DNA of 61,495 nucleotides from Planctomycetota bacterium (GCA_039030255.1 JBCCEO010000001.1:1-61495); one strand, 5' to 3'. Counted from the first letter of the stretch, positions 1 to 10,314 are shown. A program made the numbers and translations. Notes: a model not told the origin generated them from the letters alone.

Positions 1-82
1 CTCCAATAAAATCATCTTGATCGACTTGCGAAGAGTACTCGGGCGGCAAGTGCGTTAAGACTTCTTGAAAGAAATCGGGCAT
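1..82 (-). CDS. Possible 5' end of a gene running off the left edge (MPDFFQEVLTHLPPEYSSQVDQDDFIG...)
   Basis: ATG at 82 on the minus strand with an open frame to the window edge; same strand as the upstream trpS; too short to identify. Confidence 0.3.
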   Translation of the reverse strand, partial: MPDFFQEVLTHLPPEYSSQVDQDDFIG

Positions 83-268
83 GGTCTCAGTGGATTGAAG
101 GCGTTGTTGATCGTTTGCTGGCGTGGCGTAAGAGCCCAGAGAAAGCCCAGGCAAAATTTTCGCAGCATTATAGAAATCTGCAAAGCTGCCCCGTAGCCAT
201 CTACGGGCGAATAAGCTGACCAACCTTTCGGAAGGTGCCGCAAGGAGTTTGGAGAAACGGCGTGTTTT

Positions 269-431
269 ACTTACTCTCCCTCCCGCGCAGCGGGTTCTCG
301 AGGGAGAGTCGGGCTATCGGGCCCGGAGAGAGTTCCGCATCTGGCCGATGCCCCAATAGTTCATGCTGCGCCGCTTACCGACCCGCGAAGTACGTGTGCC
401 CGCTCGCGGCTCCTCCACGGAGAGTAAGTTG
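269..431. repeat. MITE/REP-like element with terminal inverted repeats
   Basis: ACTTACTCTCC (269-279) and GGAGAGTAAGT (419-429) are perfect 11-bp inverted repeats; internal hairpin ACTCTCCCTC...GAGGGAGAGT; related copy at about 28547-28665. Confidence 0.65.
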
Positions 432-502
432 AAGATCCTGCAGGCGGGAAGGTATGTTTGGAAAAGCCGACTTCCAAAACGAACGCATCCGATTTCAGGG
501 CG

Positions 503-1474
503 CTAGCTAGGTGCTTTGACTCCGCACGCTTTTTCCGCACGATCGAGCACTTCGGCTGCTTTCGCGCGAGCTTTCTGAGCGCCAGCACGCAAGATGTCCT
601 GGACGGTGTCAGGCCGTTCTTCTAGTTCCTTGCGTTTCGCACGAGCATCTGCAAAGTAGGCATCGGCCGCGTCGGCCAAAGCCTTCTTGACGTGCCCATA
701 GCCAAATCCGCCTTTGCGATAAAGGGCGGCCATTTCTTCGATCTGCGAGTCGGTGGCCATCAATTGATAGAGCTGGAACAAATGATCCGTCTCAGGCTCC
801 TTGGGATCTTCCATCGGACGGCTATCCGTGGTGATGCGCATGATCTTCTTTCGCTGTGGTTTTTCTTCTTCGAAGATTCCGATCGTGTTGTCGTAGCTTT
901 TCGACATCTTCTCACCATCGGTGCCTGGCACCTTGGCCGAGTTCTCCAGCACGCGGCCTTCGGGCAGCACAAAGGCCTCGCTGAAATGATGGTTGAAGCT
1001 ATTTGCAATATCGCGACAGACTTCAATGTGTTGCACCTGGTCCTGGCCCACAGGCACACAATTGGAATCGTAGGCTAGAATGTCGGCAGACATGAGGACC
1101 GGATAAGTAAACAGTCCAGCATCTGCAGCTATGCCGCGTTCCTTCTTGTCTTTGTACGATACGCATCGCTCGAGCAGACCCATGGGCGTGCAAGTCATCA
1201 GGATCCACGTGAGCTGCGATACTTCAGGAACGTCAGACTGCACAAACAAAATCGCTTTTTCCGGATCGAGACCCAAAGCTATTAAGTCCAAGGCTGCGTC
1301 GATGGTCAGTTGTTGAAGCAAAGCCGGGTCGCGAATGGTGGTTAGGGCATGCAAGTTGGCGATGAAGTAGTAGGCTTCGTCTTCTTGCTGCAAGTCAATG
1401 TATTGGCGGATGGCGCCGAAGTAATTGCCCCAGTGGAATCGGCCGGTCGGTTGGATGCCTGAAAGGACTCGCAT
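503..1474 (-). CDS. trpS: Tryptophanyl-tRNA synthetase
   Basis: [11 protein letters not shown] start, HWGN (HIGH-like), [25 protein letters not shown]. Confidence 0.97.
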   Translation of the reverse strand: MRVLSGIQPTGRFHWGNYFGAIRQYIDLQQEDEAYYFIANLHALTTIRDPALLQQLTIDAALDLIALGLDPEKAILFVQSDVPEVSQLTWILMTCTPMGLLERCVSYKDKKERGIAADAGLFTYPVLMSADILAYDSNCVPVGQDQVQHIEVCRDIANSFNHHFSEAFVLPEGRVLENSAKVPGTDGEKMSKSYDNTIGIFEEEKPQRKKIMRITTDSRPMEDPKEPETDHLFQLYQLMATDSQIEEMAALYRKGGFGYGHVKKALADAADAYFADARAKRKELEERPDTVQDILRAGAQKARAKAAEVLDRAEKACGVKAPS

Positions 1475-1534
1475 GGAATTCTGTTTCTTGGCGAGGGAGT
1501 GGGAATGAAAAGGATGGATATTCGTGCTAGCGAA

Positions 1535-2500
1535 TCAAGTTTTTTTATCGGTGTCTAAAGTGCCTACGATATCCGCCACGCTAGATGCCCCGAGTGAGCG
1601 AACAGCTGCGGGAAGCTCTTCGACCATTTTCTGACTGATGCTCGGATCGTAGTAATTCGCCGTACCAATCTGGAAGCAACTCGCACCCGTCACCAAGAAC
1701 TCCATAGCATCGTCGAGTGTTGCTATTCCGCCAATCCCGACGATCGGGATATCAACATCTTCTGCGACTTGATGTACACAGCGAAGGGCAACTGGCTTGA
1801 TCGCCGGACCGCTTAGTCCGCCCATGACGTTGCCGAGCATGGGTTTTCTGTTGCGCCAGTCGACAGCCATACCGAGCAGCGTGTTGACGCAGCTAACTGC
1901 ATCCGCTCCGCCATCTTTAGCTGCTTTTGCGATGTCCACAATATTGGTCACATTGGGCGTCAGTTTGGCCAAAATCGGAATCTCGCAGCAATCACGAACG
2001 GCTCGGACAACTTCTTCACAGGCCGCCGGATCCGTTCCGAAATCGACGCCGCCAGTAACGTTAGGGCAAGAGATGTTCAATTCGAGTGCGTCGACGTCGC
2101 CGGCTGCTTCCAGCATTTCGGCAAGCCTTCGGAATTCATCGCTACTGCTTCCTGCGATGCTAACCACAATGGCCGTGTCCAGTGTTTTCAAATACTGCAA
2201 ATGTCCCGCAATGAAGGAATCGATTCCATCGTTGTCCAGTCCGATAGAGTTGAGCAGTCCGGCCGACGTTTCGACCGTTCGCCAAGGAACATTGCCCGGT
2301 CGAGACTGAAGCGTAATCGTCTTCGGGAGGATGCCTCCGAGCGAGTCGAGCGCAACGAAGCTCTTCATTTCTCGGGCGTATCCAAAAGTTCCCGAGGCAA
2401 CCAAGACTGGGTTCTTTAATTGGAGCCGGCCAAGCTGCACTCGCATGTCGACTTGCGAGCTGGTTTCGGACGGTGATGCTTCGAGCTCTGGCATGATCAC
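1535..2500 (-). CDS. pyrD: Dihydroorotate dehydrogenase, family 1B catalytic subunit
   Basis: [50 protein letters not shown]. Confidence 0.93.
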   Translation of the reverse strand: MIMPELEASPSETSSQVDMRVQLGRLQLKNPVLVASGTFGYAREMKSFVALDSLGGILPKTITLQSRPGNVPWRTVETSAGLLNSIGLDNDGIDSFIAGHLQYLKTLDTAIVVSIAGSSSDEFRRLAEMLEAAGDVDALELNISCPNVTGGVDFGTDPAACEEVVRAVRDCCEIPILAKLTPNVTNIVDIAKAAKDGGADAVSCVNTLLGMAVDWRNRKPMLGNVMGGLSGPAIKPVALRCVHQVAEDVDIPIVGIGGIATLDDAMEFLVTGASCFQIGTANYYDPSISQKMVEELPAAVRSLGASSVADIVGTLDTDKKT

Positions 2501-2547
2501 TTTAGACGGAGGGGCTTTTTACTTCAGATCTTTTTACTTTGGGTCGA

Positions 2548-3183
2548 TTACTTGGAGCCTAGGATTTCACTTTGAATCGCACTCAGGATACGAGCAGCCA
2601 CTTCTCGTTTGTCGCCTTCGGCGAGTTCGATTGTGTTGCCTGCGGATCCTAAGATTTCAATTCGATTTGTTTCCGAATCGATCGCGGAAGGGTCATTGGA
2701 AATCATCATATCGCAACACTTTTTCTGCATCTTGACAATGGATCGAAATCGCCGATCCTCAGATTCCAGGGCAAATCCGACGACCCATTGATGGGCTTGC
2801 TTGGTTTCTGCGACGGAGGCCACGATATCAGGAGTTTCGATTAACTCCAATTGCAGGGGCTCACCAGACTTCGAGATTTTTTCTGATTCCACCCGTCTCG
2901 GCATGTAATCGCAGGGAGCGGCGGCACCAATCATCCCATCGCAGGCTGGAAAATGTTCCAGCGCGGCAGACAGCATATCGCTGGTTGTGAGAACGGGGAC
3001 GAATTCTGCTTGGGCGGGATACGCAATACTAACGGGACCACTTACGACAACGACTTCATGCCCTGCGGCTAAAGCCGCCTCGGCTAGTGCACATCCCATG
3101 CGTCCGCTACTGGCATTGGTGATGTAGCGAACTGGATCCAGAAACTGTCGTGTGGGTCCGGAGGTTATAAGTATCCGAGCCAT
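2548..3183 (-). CDS. coaB: Phosphopantothenate--cysteine ligase (stand-alone CoaB half)
   Basis: ILITSGPT.Q.LDPVRYITNASSGRMG, AAAPCDY, VVGFALES. Confidence 0.9.
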   Translation of the reverse strand: MARILITSGPTRQFLDPVRYITNASSGRMGCALAEAALAAGHEVVVVSGPVSIAYPAQAEFVPVLTTSDMLSAALEHFPACDGMIGAAAPCDYMPRRVESEKISKSGEPLQLELIETPDIVASVAETKQAHQWVVGFALESEDRRFRSIVKMQKKCCDMMISNDPSAIDSETNRIEILGSAGNTIELAEGDKREVAARILSAIQSEILGSK

Positions 3184-3717
3184 CTATGCATCAATCAACT
3201 TGTAGACTTCTTCGAGCAAGGCTTCTGGTTCGGACATGCGTCCAGCTCCTTGCTTGCGACAACTGAGCCAACCACTCTCGGGTCCTACTAAATGGACGCC
3301 ATCGCTGCGCAACTGGTTCACGTTTCTTTGGACTGCAGGCTTTTCCCACATGGGGCTGCTCATCGCTGGAGCAAGCAACACGGGGCATTCGCAGCTCAAA
3401 TAAAGCGTCGCCAGTAGATCGTCGGCCGCAGCATGCGCGAAACTCGAAAGCAATCTCGCTGTCGCAGGTGCAACTAGTAGTAGTTTCGCGTTTTCTGCCA
3501 GCTCGATATGGGCACCCAACGGAAAGCGCGCATCGTAGACGTCGCAGACTGGAGGCTCATTGCAAAGCGCGGCAAAAGTAGAACGACCCACGAAGTGCTC
3601 GCCTCCGTGGGTCAATACTACTTGTACATCATGATTGTTTTGAACGAGTCGGCTGACGGCCGTGGCTACTTTGTACGCCGCAATTCCGCCGCCGATTCCC
3701 ACCAGGATCTTGGACAT
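3184..3717 (-). CDS. coaC: Phosphopantothenoylcysteine decarboxylase (stand-alone CoaC flavoprotein half)
   Basis: GIGGGIAAYK, HIELA, LLVAPATA, APAM, GWLSC...GAGRM; abuts coaB. Confidence 0.9.
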   Translation of the reverse strand: MSKILVGIGGGIAAYKVATAVSRLVQNNHDVQVVLTHGGEHFVGRSTFAALCNEPPVCDVYDARFPLGAHIELAENAKLLLVAPATARLLSSFAHAAADDLLATLYLSCECPVLLAPAMSSPMWEKPAVQRNVNQLRSDGVHLVGPESGWLSCRKQGAGRMSEPEALLEEVYKLIDA

Positions 3718-3757
3718 GTCCGCCTAAAATCTCCGCGCCGATCTAACTGTCAGCAGC

Positions 3758-4015
3758 CTAGAACTCGAGGCTATCCATGTCCAGCAAATCGCCTTCGTCA
3801 TGATCGACGACTGCCAGTTCGCCCGCTTCGCTCAGGAAGATCTTGTCCTGCAAGATTTCCTGGAGGACAGTTTCCATCTTGTTCTGCGAAGGATTCTCAA
3901 CCAGGGGACGGCTACCTCGGTTTAGTTGAACGAGCCGTTTTTGGATCAGGGTGGAAAGTTTGAAACGTCCTCCGACCTTGTTCACAATTTCTTCTTCTTT
4001 TAGTTCTTCAAGCAT
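3758..4015 (-). CDS. rpoZ: RNA polymerase omega subunit
   Basis: 85 aa, [17 protein letters not shown]; lies between gmk and coaC as in the conserved gmk-rpoZ-coaBC order. Confidence 0.88.
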   Translation of the reverse strand: MLEELKEEEIVNKVGGRFKLSTLIQKRLVQLNRGSRPLVENPSQNKMETVLQEILQDKIFLSEAGELAVVDHDEGDLLDMDSLEF

Positions 4016-4632
4016 GCTTTAATTTCCTCAGCGCTTTTTTTTAGGTATTTGCATATTTCGTTTACCGCGACGTCAACGTCTCGGTTGATGATTTCATGAT
4101 CGTAGTAACTCAGGGCGGTCAACTCCTCGTCAGCGACTTCCAATCTTCGAGTAATTGCAGCTTCTGTTTCCGTGCCGCGATTTCGTAGACGACGCTCCAA
4201 CTCCTCCCGAGTTCCCGGGTGTACAAAAAAGCTCAGCGTATCGTTGCGTTGCTTCATGACACTCAAGGCCCCTTGGACATCGATCTCTAAGATGACCCAC
4301 TTCCCCGACTGAAGGGCTTCGTCTACTTGTTGGACAGGAGTTCCGTACCAGTTTCTTCCGAAGACTTCCATGCATTCCAGGAAGTCACCCGCTTCTTTCA
4401 TTGCCAAGAATTTTTCTTCGCTGACAAAGTGATATTCCCGTCCGCCGACTTCGCCATCGCGTGGCGCCCGAGTCGTTGCTGAAGTGCTTAGCTGCAATGG
4501 TAATTCGCATCGTTGCAACAGGCTACGCAAAACCGTACTTTTACCTGCTCCAGAGGGGCCTGATACGATGATCAGTTGCCCAGCTGGAACAGCCTCGGGT
4601 TGTGTTTTTTCGGATGCCTTGTTTTCGCCCAA
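4000..4632 (-). CDS. gmk: Guanylate kinase
   Basis: [11 protein letters not shown]-loop, [37 protein letters not shown]. Confidence 0.96.
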   Translation of the reverse strand: MGENKASEKTQPEAVPAGQLIIVSGPSGAGKSTVLRSLLQRCELPLQLSTSATTRAPRDGEVGGREYHFVSEEKFLAMKEAGDFLECMEVFGRNWYGTPVQQVDEALQSGKWVILEIDVQGALSVMKQRNDTLSFFVHPGTREELERRLRNRGTETEAAITRRLEVADEELTALSYYDHEIINRDVDVAVNEICKYLKKSAEEIKACLKN

Positions 4633-4638
4633 GACAAA

Positions 4639-5526
4639 TTACTCCACGTTCTGTACTTGCTCGCGCATTTGTTCGATGATTGTTTTCATGTCGACAACAC
4701 GCTGGGCTATGTCGGCATCACCACACTTGGAGCCGACGGTGTTGACTTCCCGAAACAATTCTTGAATCAGGAAATCTAGTTTTCTACCTTGGCTCATATC
4801 CGCCTGAAGGAGCTTGCCAAATTGTTCGAAGTGACTGCGAAGCCTCACCAATTCTTCTCGAATGTCAGCTTTATCCGCCATCACTAGTACCTCGCGCACC
4901 AAGTCGGCTTCCTGAAGTTCTGCTCCCACTTCTTCCAAAGCTTTGCTTAGTTTTGCTTGCAGGCGTTTCTTATATTCTTCTACAACTTGTGGGGCCCGTT
5001 GTTCAATGCTGTCTGCCAAAGCGACGAGCCGTTCCAGTTGCTCGGACAACTCGCGTTCCATTGATTTTCCTTCGGCAATTCGCATTTTGCTGAGGCAATC
5101 AAGTGATTCGTCGACGGCTTGCAGTACGGATTGTTCGAGTTGAGTTGGAATCTCCGATGTGGTTTTGGGCTCTGATACGACTCCGGGCAATTGCAGCAAA
5201 TCTTTAATCTCGATGCTCGACTTGGCCAATCCCAAACGGCTGAGAACGTCTCCGCATTGCTTTAAGTAACCAGCCAGTACCTCTTCTTCTAGTTTGTACT
5301 CGGCGCCAGCCATGCTGCCATGGGACTGGACATTCAGTTGCAAAGACCCGCGTTTGATTTTGGATCGAACCAGGGATTCGATTTTCGGTTCCAGTGACTG
5401 CAGACCGTAGGTCGTTCGAGTTTGCAGCTTAAGGTGACGATTGTTGACAGCACGAACTTCAGCAGTGATCTCAAGAGCTCCATCGCGCACTCGACCCTGC
5501 CCTTGTCCCGTCATGCTAATCAACAA
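4639..5526 (-). CDS. yicC: YicC/YloC family endoribonuclease
   Basis: SMTGQG, EVRAVNNRHL, KADIREELVRLRSH, GRKLDFLIQELFREVNTVGSK, EQMREQVQNVE. Confidence 0.93.
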   Translation of the reverse strand: MLISMTGQGQGRVRDGALEITAEVRAVNNRHLKLQTRTTYGLQSLEPKIESLVRSKIKRGSLQLNVQSHGSMAGAEYKLEEEVLAGYLKQCGDVLSRLGLAKSSIEIKDLLQLPGVVSEPKTTSEIPTQLEQSVLQAVDESLDCLSKMRIAEGKSMERELSEQLERLVALADSIEQRAPQVVEEYKKRLQAKLSKALEEVGAELQEADLVREVLVMADKADIREELVRLRSHFEQFGKLLQADMSQGRKLDFLIQELFREVNTVGSKCGDADIAQRVVDMKTIIEQMREQVQNVE

Positions 5527-5571
5527 ATCATGTCTCCCTTCCCAAGGGCACTAGCCACCGTCAAAAACGAA

Positions 5572-6216
5572 TTATTCGGGCGATTCTTCAGTCGAATCAT
5601 CTTCCGCTGCGCCTGATTCCGGATTCGCCTCGTTTTCTCCGGTTGATTCCGTTGCTTCTCCTTCTGGAGGCGGTGACTCACCTGCCTCACCGGCACTAGG
5701 TGATTCGTCCAATTCTGCTGCCGGATCTTCTGTGATCTCTGCGCTGGCTTCGCCTGTCCCTGTTGCCGCTTCTTCGTCTGGCGTTCCCAGATTTAGCAAG
5801 TCGCTTGGGTTGGTGACTTCACCGGCTGTGCCGGCTCCAGTTCCTTCACCGCTGCTACCGGTATCGGTGCCACCAGTGTTTTCGCTCGTGCCCAAGTCGC
5901 CGGCCGTTCCAGGATCACCTCCCGAGAGGCTGGCTGAAGAGTCCCCGCCTGGTCCGAATTTTGGCGGAGGAGCAGACTTCAGAAACCAAACGGTGAAGGC
6001 TAGTAGCACAATCCACACGGCGGCGGCGACAATCGTAATCTTGGTAAACAAATCCCCAGCCTTGGTACCAAAGGCCGATTGACCACCAGGTCCGCCCAGT
6101 GCCCCAGTCAGTCCACCGCCTCGACCACGCTGAACGAGAATGAGGAGGATCAAAAAGGCGGACAGCACGAATATCGTGATTCCCAGAAAGTACTGTGCAA
6201 TGGCTGCGATAAGCAT
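5572..6216 (-). CDS. secG: Preprotein translocase SecG with a long acidic C-terminal extension
   Basis: LILVQRGRGGGLTGALGG.GGQSAFG, LFTKIT, two TM helices; downstream of tpiA; ATG at 6216 preferred over the track's start at 6234. Confidence 0.9.
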   Translation of the reverse strand: MLIAAIAQYFLGITIFVLSAFLILLILVQRGRGGGLTGALGGPGGQSAFGTKAGDLFTKITIVAAAVWIVLLAFTVWFLKSAPPPKFGPGGDSSASLSGGDPGTAGDLGTSENTGGTDTGSSGEGTGAGTAGEVTNPSDLLNLGTPDEEAATGTGEASAEITEDPAAELDESPSAGEAGESPPPEGEATESTGENEANPESGAAEDDSTEESPE

Positions 6217-6269
6217 GCCTGATTCCTTCGTCAAAAATCTGGTTAGATGGTTTTGTTGTTTTTTGAATG

Positions 6270-7025
6270 TTATTTGACCGCAGCGATAATCGCTGCAAAA
6301 CTGTCGGCCTTGAGCGAAGCCCCGCCAACCAAAGCACCGTCAATGTTGGGTTGTCCCATAAGCTCTTCCGCATTGTCCGGCTTGACGCTACCGCCATACT
6401 GGATGCGAATTGCTTCCGCCGTTTCGGCTCCGAATAATTCGCCCAGTAGGCCACGGATCTGGGCGTGCACTTCTTCGGCCTGTTCAGGAGTAGCCGTTTT
6501 GCCCGTGCCGATTGCCCAAACGGGTTCGTAGGCGATCACGATTCCGATTGCTGCGGCGGAGTCGATTCCGGCAAGGGAGCCTTTGATTTGTTCGGAAATG
6601 ACGGCAGCCGTTGTTCCGGCTTCCCGTTGTTCCAAAGTTTCGCCGACACAAACGATTGGGACGAGCCCATGTTCGAACGCTGCTTGAAGTTTAGCGTTGA
6701 CCGACGCGTCGGTCTCGCCGAAAAACTGACGTCGTTCCGAGTGCCCCAGGATGACATATTGGCAATCCAAGTCTTTTAGCATCGGTCCGCTGACTTCACC
6801 CGTGAAAGCGCCCTCAGCCGCTTGGTACATGTTTTGTGCACCCAAGCCAACATGACTGCCTCGCAGGGCGGCGCCCACATCGTGCAGGTACAGTGTTGGA
6901 GGGCAGACTGCTACTTCCACATTTTCCGATGGCTGAAGTACATCAAGCAAATTGCTTACGAGCGCGACACTTGTGTCTCGCAACAAATTCATTTTCCAAT
7001 TGCCTGCAATCAGGTACTTTCTCAA
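6270..7025 (-). CDS. tpiA: Triosephosphate isomerase
   Basis: AGNWKMN, GAFTGE, ILGHSERR, IAYEPVWAIGTG, YGGSVK, DGALVGGASL. Confidence 0.98.
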   Translation of the reverse strand: MRKYLIAGNWKMNLLRDTSVALVSNLLDVLQPSENVEVAVCPPTLYLHDVGAALRGSHVGLGAQNMYQAAEGAFTGEVSGPMLKDLDCQYVILGHSERRQFFGETDASVNAKLQAAFEHGLVPIVCVGETLEQREAGTTAAVISEQIKGSLAGIDSAAAIGIVIAYEPVWAIGTGKTATPEQAEEVHAQIRGLLGELFGAETAEAIRIQYGGSVKPDNAEELMGQPNIDGALVGGASLKADSFAAIIAAVK

Positions 7026-7126
7026 CGCGATTCTCCAAGTAATTCAGTAGTCTTTGGGGCAGTGTTCTGGTTTGGACAGTCTATGTTTGGGTTGGTGTAG
7101 GTGGCGTGAAAACTTCGCGAGATTGT

Positions 7127-8146
7127 CTAAGCCGCAATCTGCTTGTTGACCGCTTGGGCAACGGCGTTCACCTGGGTCATCAGCGCTGCGTACTGTTCCG
7201 GCAACAGCGCCTGTGCCCCATCACTCTTCGCTTCCTCAGGGCAGTCGTGAACTTCGACGTGAACGCCATCGGCTCCGACAGCCACACCAGCCAAGGCACA
7301 AGGCGGAATCAACTCGGGGCGACCCGTTGCATGGCTTGGATCAACAATGATTGGCAAATGGCTCAAGGTCTTCACCAGTGCCACTGAGGCGACGTCATAC
7401 AAATTGCGTGTGGCATTGTCGAACCCCTTCACCCCACGTTCGCAGAGCACGACATTCGGATTGCCCTGGCTCAGCACATATTCGGCACTCATCAGCAGAT
7501 CGTTCACTGTTGCTGACATGCCGCGCTTTAGCAAAACAGGCTTGTTGGTCTTTCCTACCTCAGTCAACAGCACAAAATTCTGCATGTTTCGAGCACCAAC
7601 CTGCAGCATATCCGCGTACTTGGCGATTAGTTCGACGTTGCGAGGATCAGTGACCTCGGTCACGACCGGCATTTCATGGTTTTGGCCGACATCACGTAGG
7701 ATTTTGAGGCCTTCTTCGCCCAGTCCTTGGAATGCATAGGGGCTGGTCCTAGGTTTGTAGGCTCCGCCCCGGAACAGGTTTGCTCCGCTGGCTCGCACGG
7801 AAGCTGCAATTCGCTCCATCCGGTCAGGCTCTTCGACCGAGCAAGGACCAGCGATCATTCCCAGGTGGCCACCGCCAATCTTGCAGCTACCAACCTCGAC
7901 CACGCTGTCCTGCGGGTGTGCTTCACGACTCGCTAGTTTATAAGGCGGCATGACGGGCACGACTTCGGCCACACCGGGAATCGCCTTCAATGGAGCATTA
8001 CGAGCCGCCTCTTCATCGCCAATAATGCCTATGATCGTCCGGTAAGTGCCCTTGCTCATATGCGCAGCAAAACCGAGCGATTCCACGTGCTCGACGACGT
8101 GATCGATCTGTTCTGAAGTCGCATCAGTACGAAGAATTAGGATCAA
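7127..8146 (-). CDS. aroF: DAHP synthase, type I-beta, with N-terminal regulatory domain
   Basis: [51 protein letters not shown]; likely TTG start at 8146 (MILILR). Confidence 0.93.
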   Translation of the reverse strand: MILILRTDATSEQIDHVVEHVESLGFAAHMSKGTYRTIIGIIGDEEAARNAPLKAIPGVAEVVPVMPPYKLASREAHPQDSVVEVGSCKIGGGHLGMIAGPCSVEEPDRMERIAASVRASGANLFRGGAYKPRTSPYAFQGLGEEGLKILRDVGQNHEMPVVTEVTDPRNVELIAKYADMLQVGARNMQNFVLLTEVGKTNKPVLLKRGMSATVNDLLMSAEYVLSQGNPNVVLCERGVKGFDNATRNLYDVASVALVKTLSHLPIIVDPSHATGRPELIPPCALAGVAVGADGVHVEVHDCPEEAKSDGAQALLPEQYAALMTQVNAVAQAVNKQIAA

Positions 8147-8563
8147 TGTTGCGGAATTCGTACAGTGTTTACTAGAGAAATCATGATTCTGACGCCCGTA
8201 AATGCCTGCAATCGCAGAATCCAATCCTGTCTCAGCTCTCTGATCTGAGGAGCCTAAGTCATTGCTGGGTAGTAGTTTGGGGAGTCATATTCCGGCCAGG
8301 AAAAGCGATAGTCTAACGTTGAACCAATTTGTCGTCGAGTCGTTTCTGATCCTACCGTTTTCAAGCTTTTAATCGCTAAAGTCGCTGCATCTATTTTTCC
8401 TAGTCGTCCCATTTTCCTGGAAATCGTTGGCTATGAGTTTGCGACTAGTTATGATTAAGGGTGCGTGAAAACGGACACCCCGTGGACGTTTCGTAAATCG
8501 CTTGTAACCTGCTATTCCAAAGCTGCCTAACTCCTTACTGCAGCATGACTTAGAGGAACCAGA

Positions 8564-9082
8564 ATGAACCTCTTGGGAAAAGTCTTTATCGGCTTGATCT
8601 TCCTGTTGAGCATAACCTTCTTCACCTATGCGGTGATGATGAATGCTTCGCACATTGATCACAATGCTGTGGCGTCGAGTTATTCGGCCGAGGCGCAGAT
8701 TTCTGAAGCTCGGAATCAGCAGTTAGAAGCATTGTTGCAGACTTACACCACCGAATTAAACAACGAACTCGCCTCACGTCGTGAAGCTTTGGCGGCACTA
8801 CAAATTCAAGTGGAAGATGCCAACGCGGCTTACCTGGCCAAAGAAAAAGAGGCCAGTGACCTGAGAGCTGCCCTGACAACCGTTGCCCAGAACAATGAAA
8901 CGGCACACGCTGATATGCGACAGAAGGCAGATACGAATCGCAATCTCCGAGAACAAATAGCAACCACCAAACAACAACGTGACGAACTTTACCAAAAGCT
9001 GATCGATGCCAAGGCGGCTTACAATGGCTTCCAAGGAACGTTGCGGTCGCTTCAAGATCGAGCCACAGACCTCGGCAACTAA
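8564..9082 (+). CDS. Membrane-anchored coiled-coil hypothetical protein
   Basis: N-terminal TM MNLLGKVFIGLIFLLSITFF followed by an A/Q/E/K/L-rich helical body; AGAGGA upstream; paralogous to the next gene. Confidence 0.85.
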   Translation: MNLLGKVFIGLIFLLSITFFTYAVMMNASHIDHNAVASSYSAEAQISEARNQQLEALLQTYTTELNNELASRREALAALQIQVEDANAAYLAKEKEASDLRAALTTVAQNNETAHADMRQKADTNRNLREQIATTKQQRDELYQKLIDAKAAYNGFQGTLRSLQDRATDLGN

Positions 9083-9213
9083 CAACCTTATCAATTCGGC
9101 TTCATTAGGCTTAGCGCTCCTTCGCTTTTGCTCCTATCCTAACCCTTAGTACACGAATCTCATCAGAACCTCAGCTAGCTTTCTTCGGGCAAGTCTGAAC
9201 AAAGGGACTCCTC

Positions 9214-10050
9214 ATGACACTACTTGGAAAAGTATTCACCGCCTTGATTTTTCTCTTGAGCGTTGTCTTCTTCCTTCTTGGCGTGGCAGTCAATTCGACT
9301 CACATTAGTCAAAAATTGGAAGCGGAGAAATGGAGGGCCGAGGCGCAAAAGGCCAATGAGGAGCTGACGCAGTCGCAGGAGCAAACGGAAAGATATCGGA
9401 CGGACCTGGCCATCGAGCGCGCGGCACGACGCGCCACCCTCGCCGCCATGCAAGAGCAGCTGACCACGGCAACCAACGACAAAGAGCGAGCATCACGAGC
9501 CGAAACAGGCCTTCAAGCGTCCTTTACCGCCGCTACAGAAACCAACAATGCAACCGCAACCGAGTTGAAAGCGCGTACCGAAGAAAACACAGTGCTTCGC
9601 GACAAGCTGAAAGTGGCTCGTGAAGATCGCGATCAATTGTTTGGCCGTTTGGTCAAAGCGACTGATGACCTAAGTCGGCTGCAAGGTACTTATGCTTCGC
9701 TAGTAATTCGCGAAAAGGAAACAGCCGATAGTCTCACCAAGACCGTCCACCTGTTGAGTTCCCTTGGCATTAATCCAGATACGGAGTTGAACGCACCTGC
9801 GACCAACGGCGAGATCGTCGGCATTGACGGCACACTTGTCGAAGTGAACTTGGGCCGGGATGACGGACTTCGTACCGGACATACTTTGGAAGTACATCGT
9901 AATGGTCAGTACCTTGGTCGTCTTTCTGTAAAAACAGTCCGCGATGGAGCAGCTACAGCTCGTATCTTGGAAGACTTCCAACGCGGTTATATCCGAGTTG
10001 GTGACACGGTCGACACGCAATTGGAAATCAGCATTACTCGCAAGAAGTAA
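9214..10050 (+). CDS. Membrane-anchored coiled-coil protein with a C-terminal FlgT_C-like beta domain
   Basis: MTLLGKVFTALIFLLSVVFF TM, coiled coil, C-terminal VEVNLGRDDGLRTGHTLEVHR.GQYLGRLSV. Confidence 0.85.
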   Translation: MTLLGKVFTALIFLLSVVFFLLGVAVNSTHISQKLEAEKWRAEAQKANEELTQSQEQTERYRTDLAIERAARRATLAAMQEQLTTATNDKERASRAETGLQASFTAATETNNATATELKARTEENTVLRDKLKVAREDRDQLFGRLVKATDDLSRLQGTYASLVIREKETADSLTKTVHLLSSLGINPDTELNAPATNGEIVGIDGTLVEVNLGRDDGLRTGHTLEVHRNGQYLGRLSVKTVRDGAATARILEDFQRGYIRVGDTVDTQLEISITRKK

Positions 10051-10059
10051 GTGAAAACA

Positions 10060-10182
10060 ATGAGCTCAGGAAATCAACCCAAGCACGCACTAAACGTCTA
10101 CACGGTGATGCTCATCACCTCCACGCTTCTAATGCTTGGAGCGTGCGTCATGATGTATATTGAGTGGTCTAGAGCCTCCTAG
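10060..10182 (+). CDS. 40-aa single-TM small protein (not in the ORF track)
   Basis: ATG 9 nt after the upstream stop; MSSGNQPKHALNVYTVMLITSTLLMLGACVMMYIEWSRAS*; hydrophobic helix; terminator follows. Confidence 0.7.
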   Translation: MSSGNQPKHALNVYTVMLITSTLLMLGACVMMYIEWSRAS

Positions 10183-10232
10183 TTGCCACGCGTCGCCTCT
10201 GGTTCAATCCAGGCAACAGCTTAAAAAATATG

Positions 10233-10270
10233 ACAAAGCCTCGGGCTTCGCCCTAGGCTTTGTTCGTTTT
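10233..10270 (+). terminator. Rho-independent terminator-like hairpin
   Basis: ACAAAGCCT-c-GGGC ttc GCCC-t-AGGCTTTGT followed by TCGTTTT. Confidence 0.7.
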
Positions 10271-10314
10271 GTCGCTGAGCGGTTGGCACTAGTCGCCGGT
10301 TCCTTTGCCTCCCC

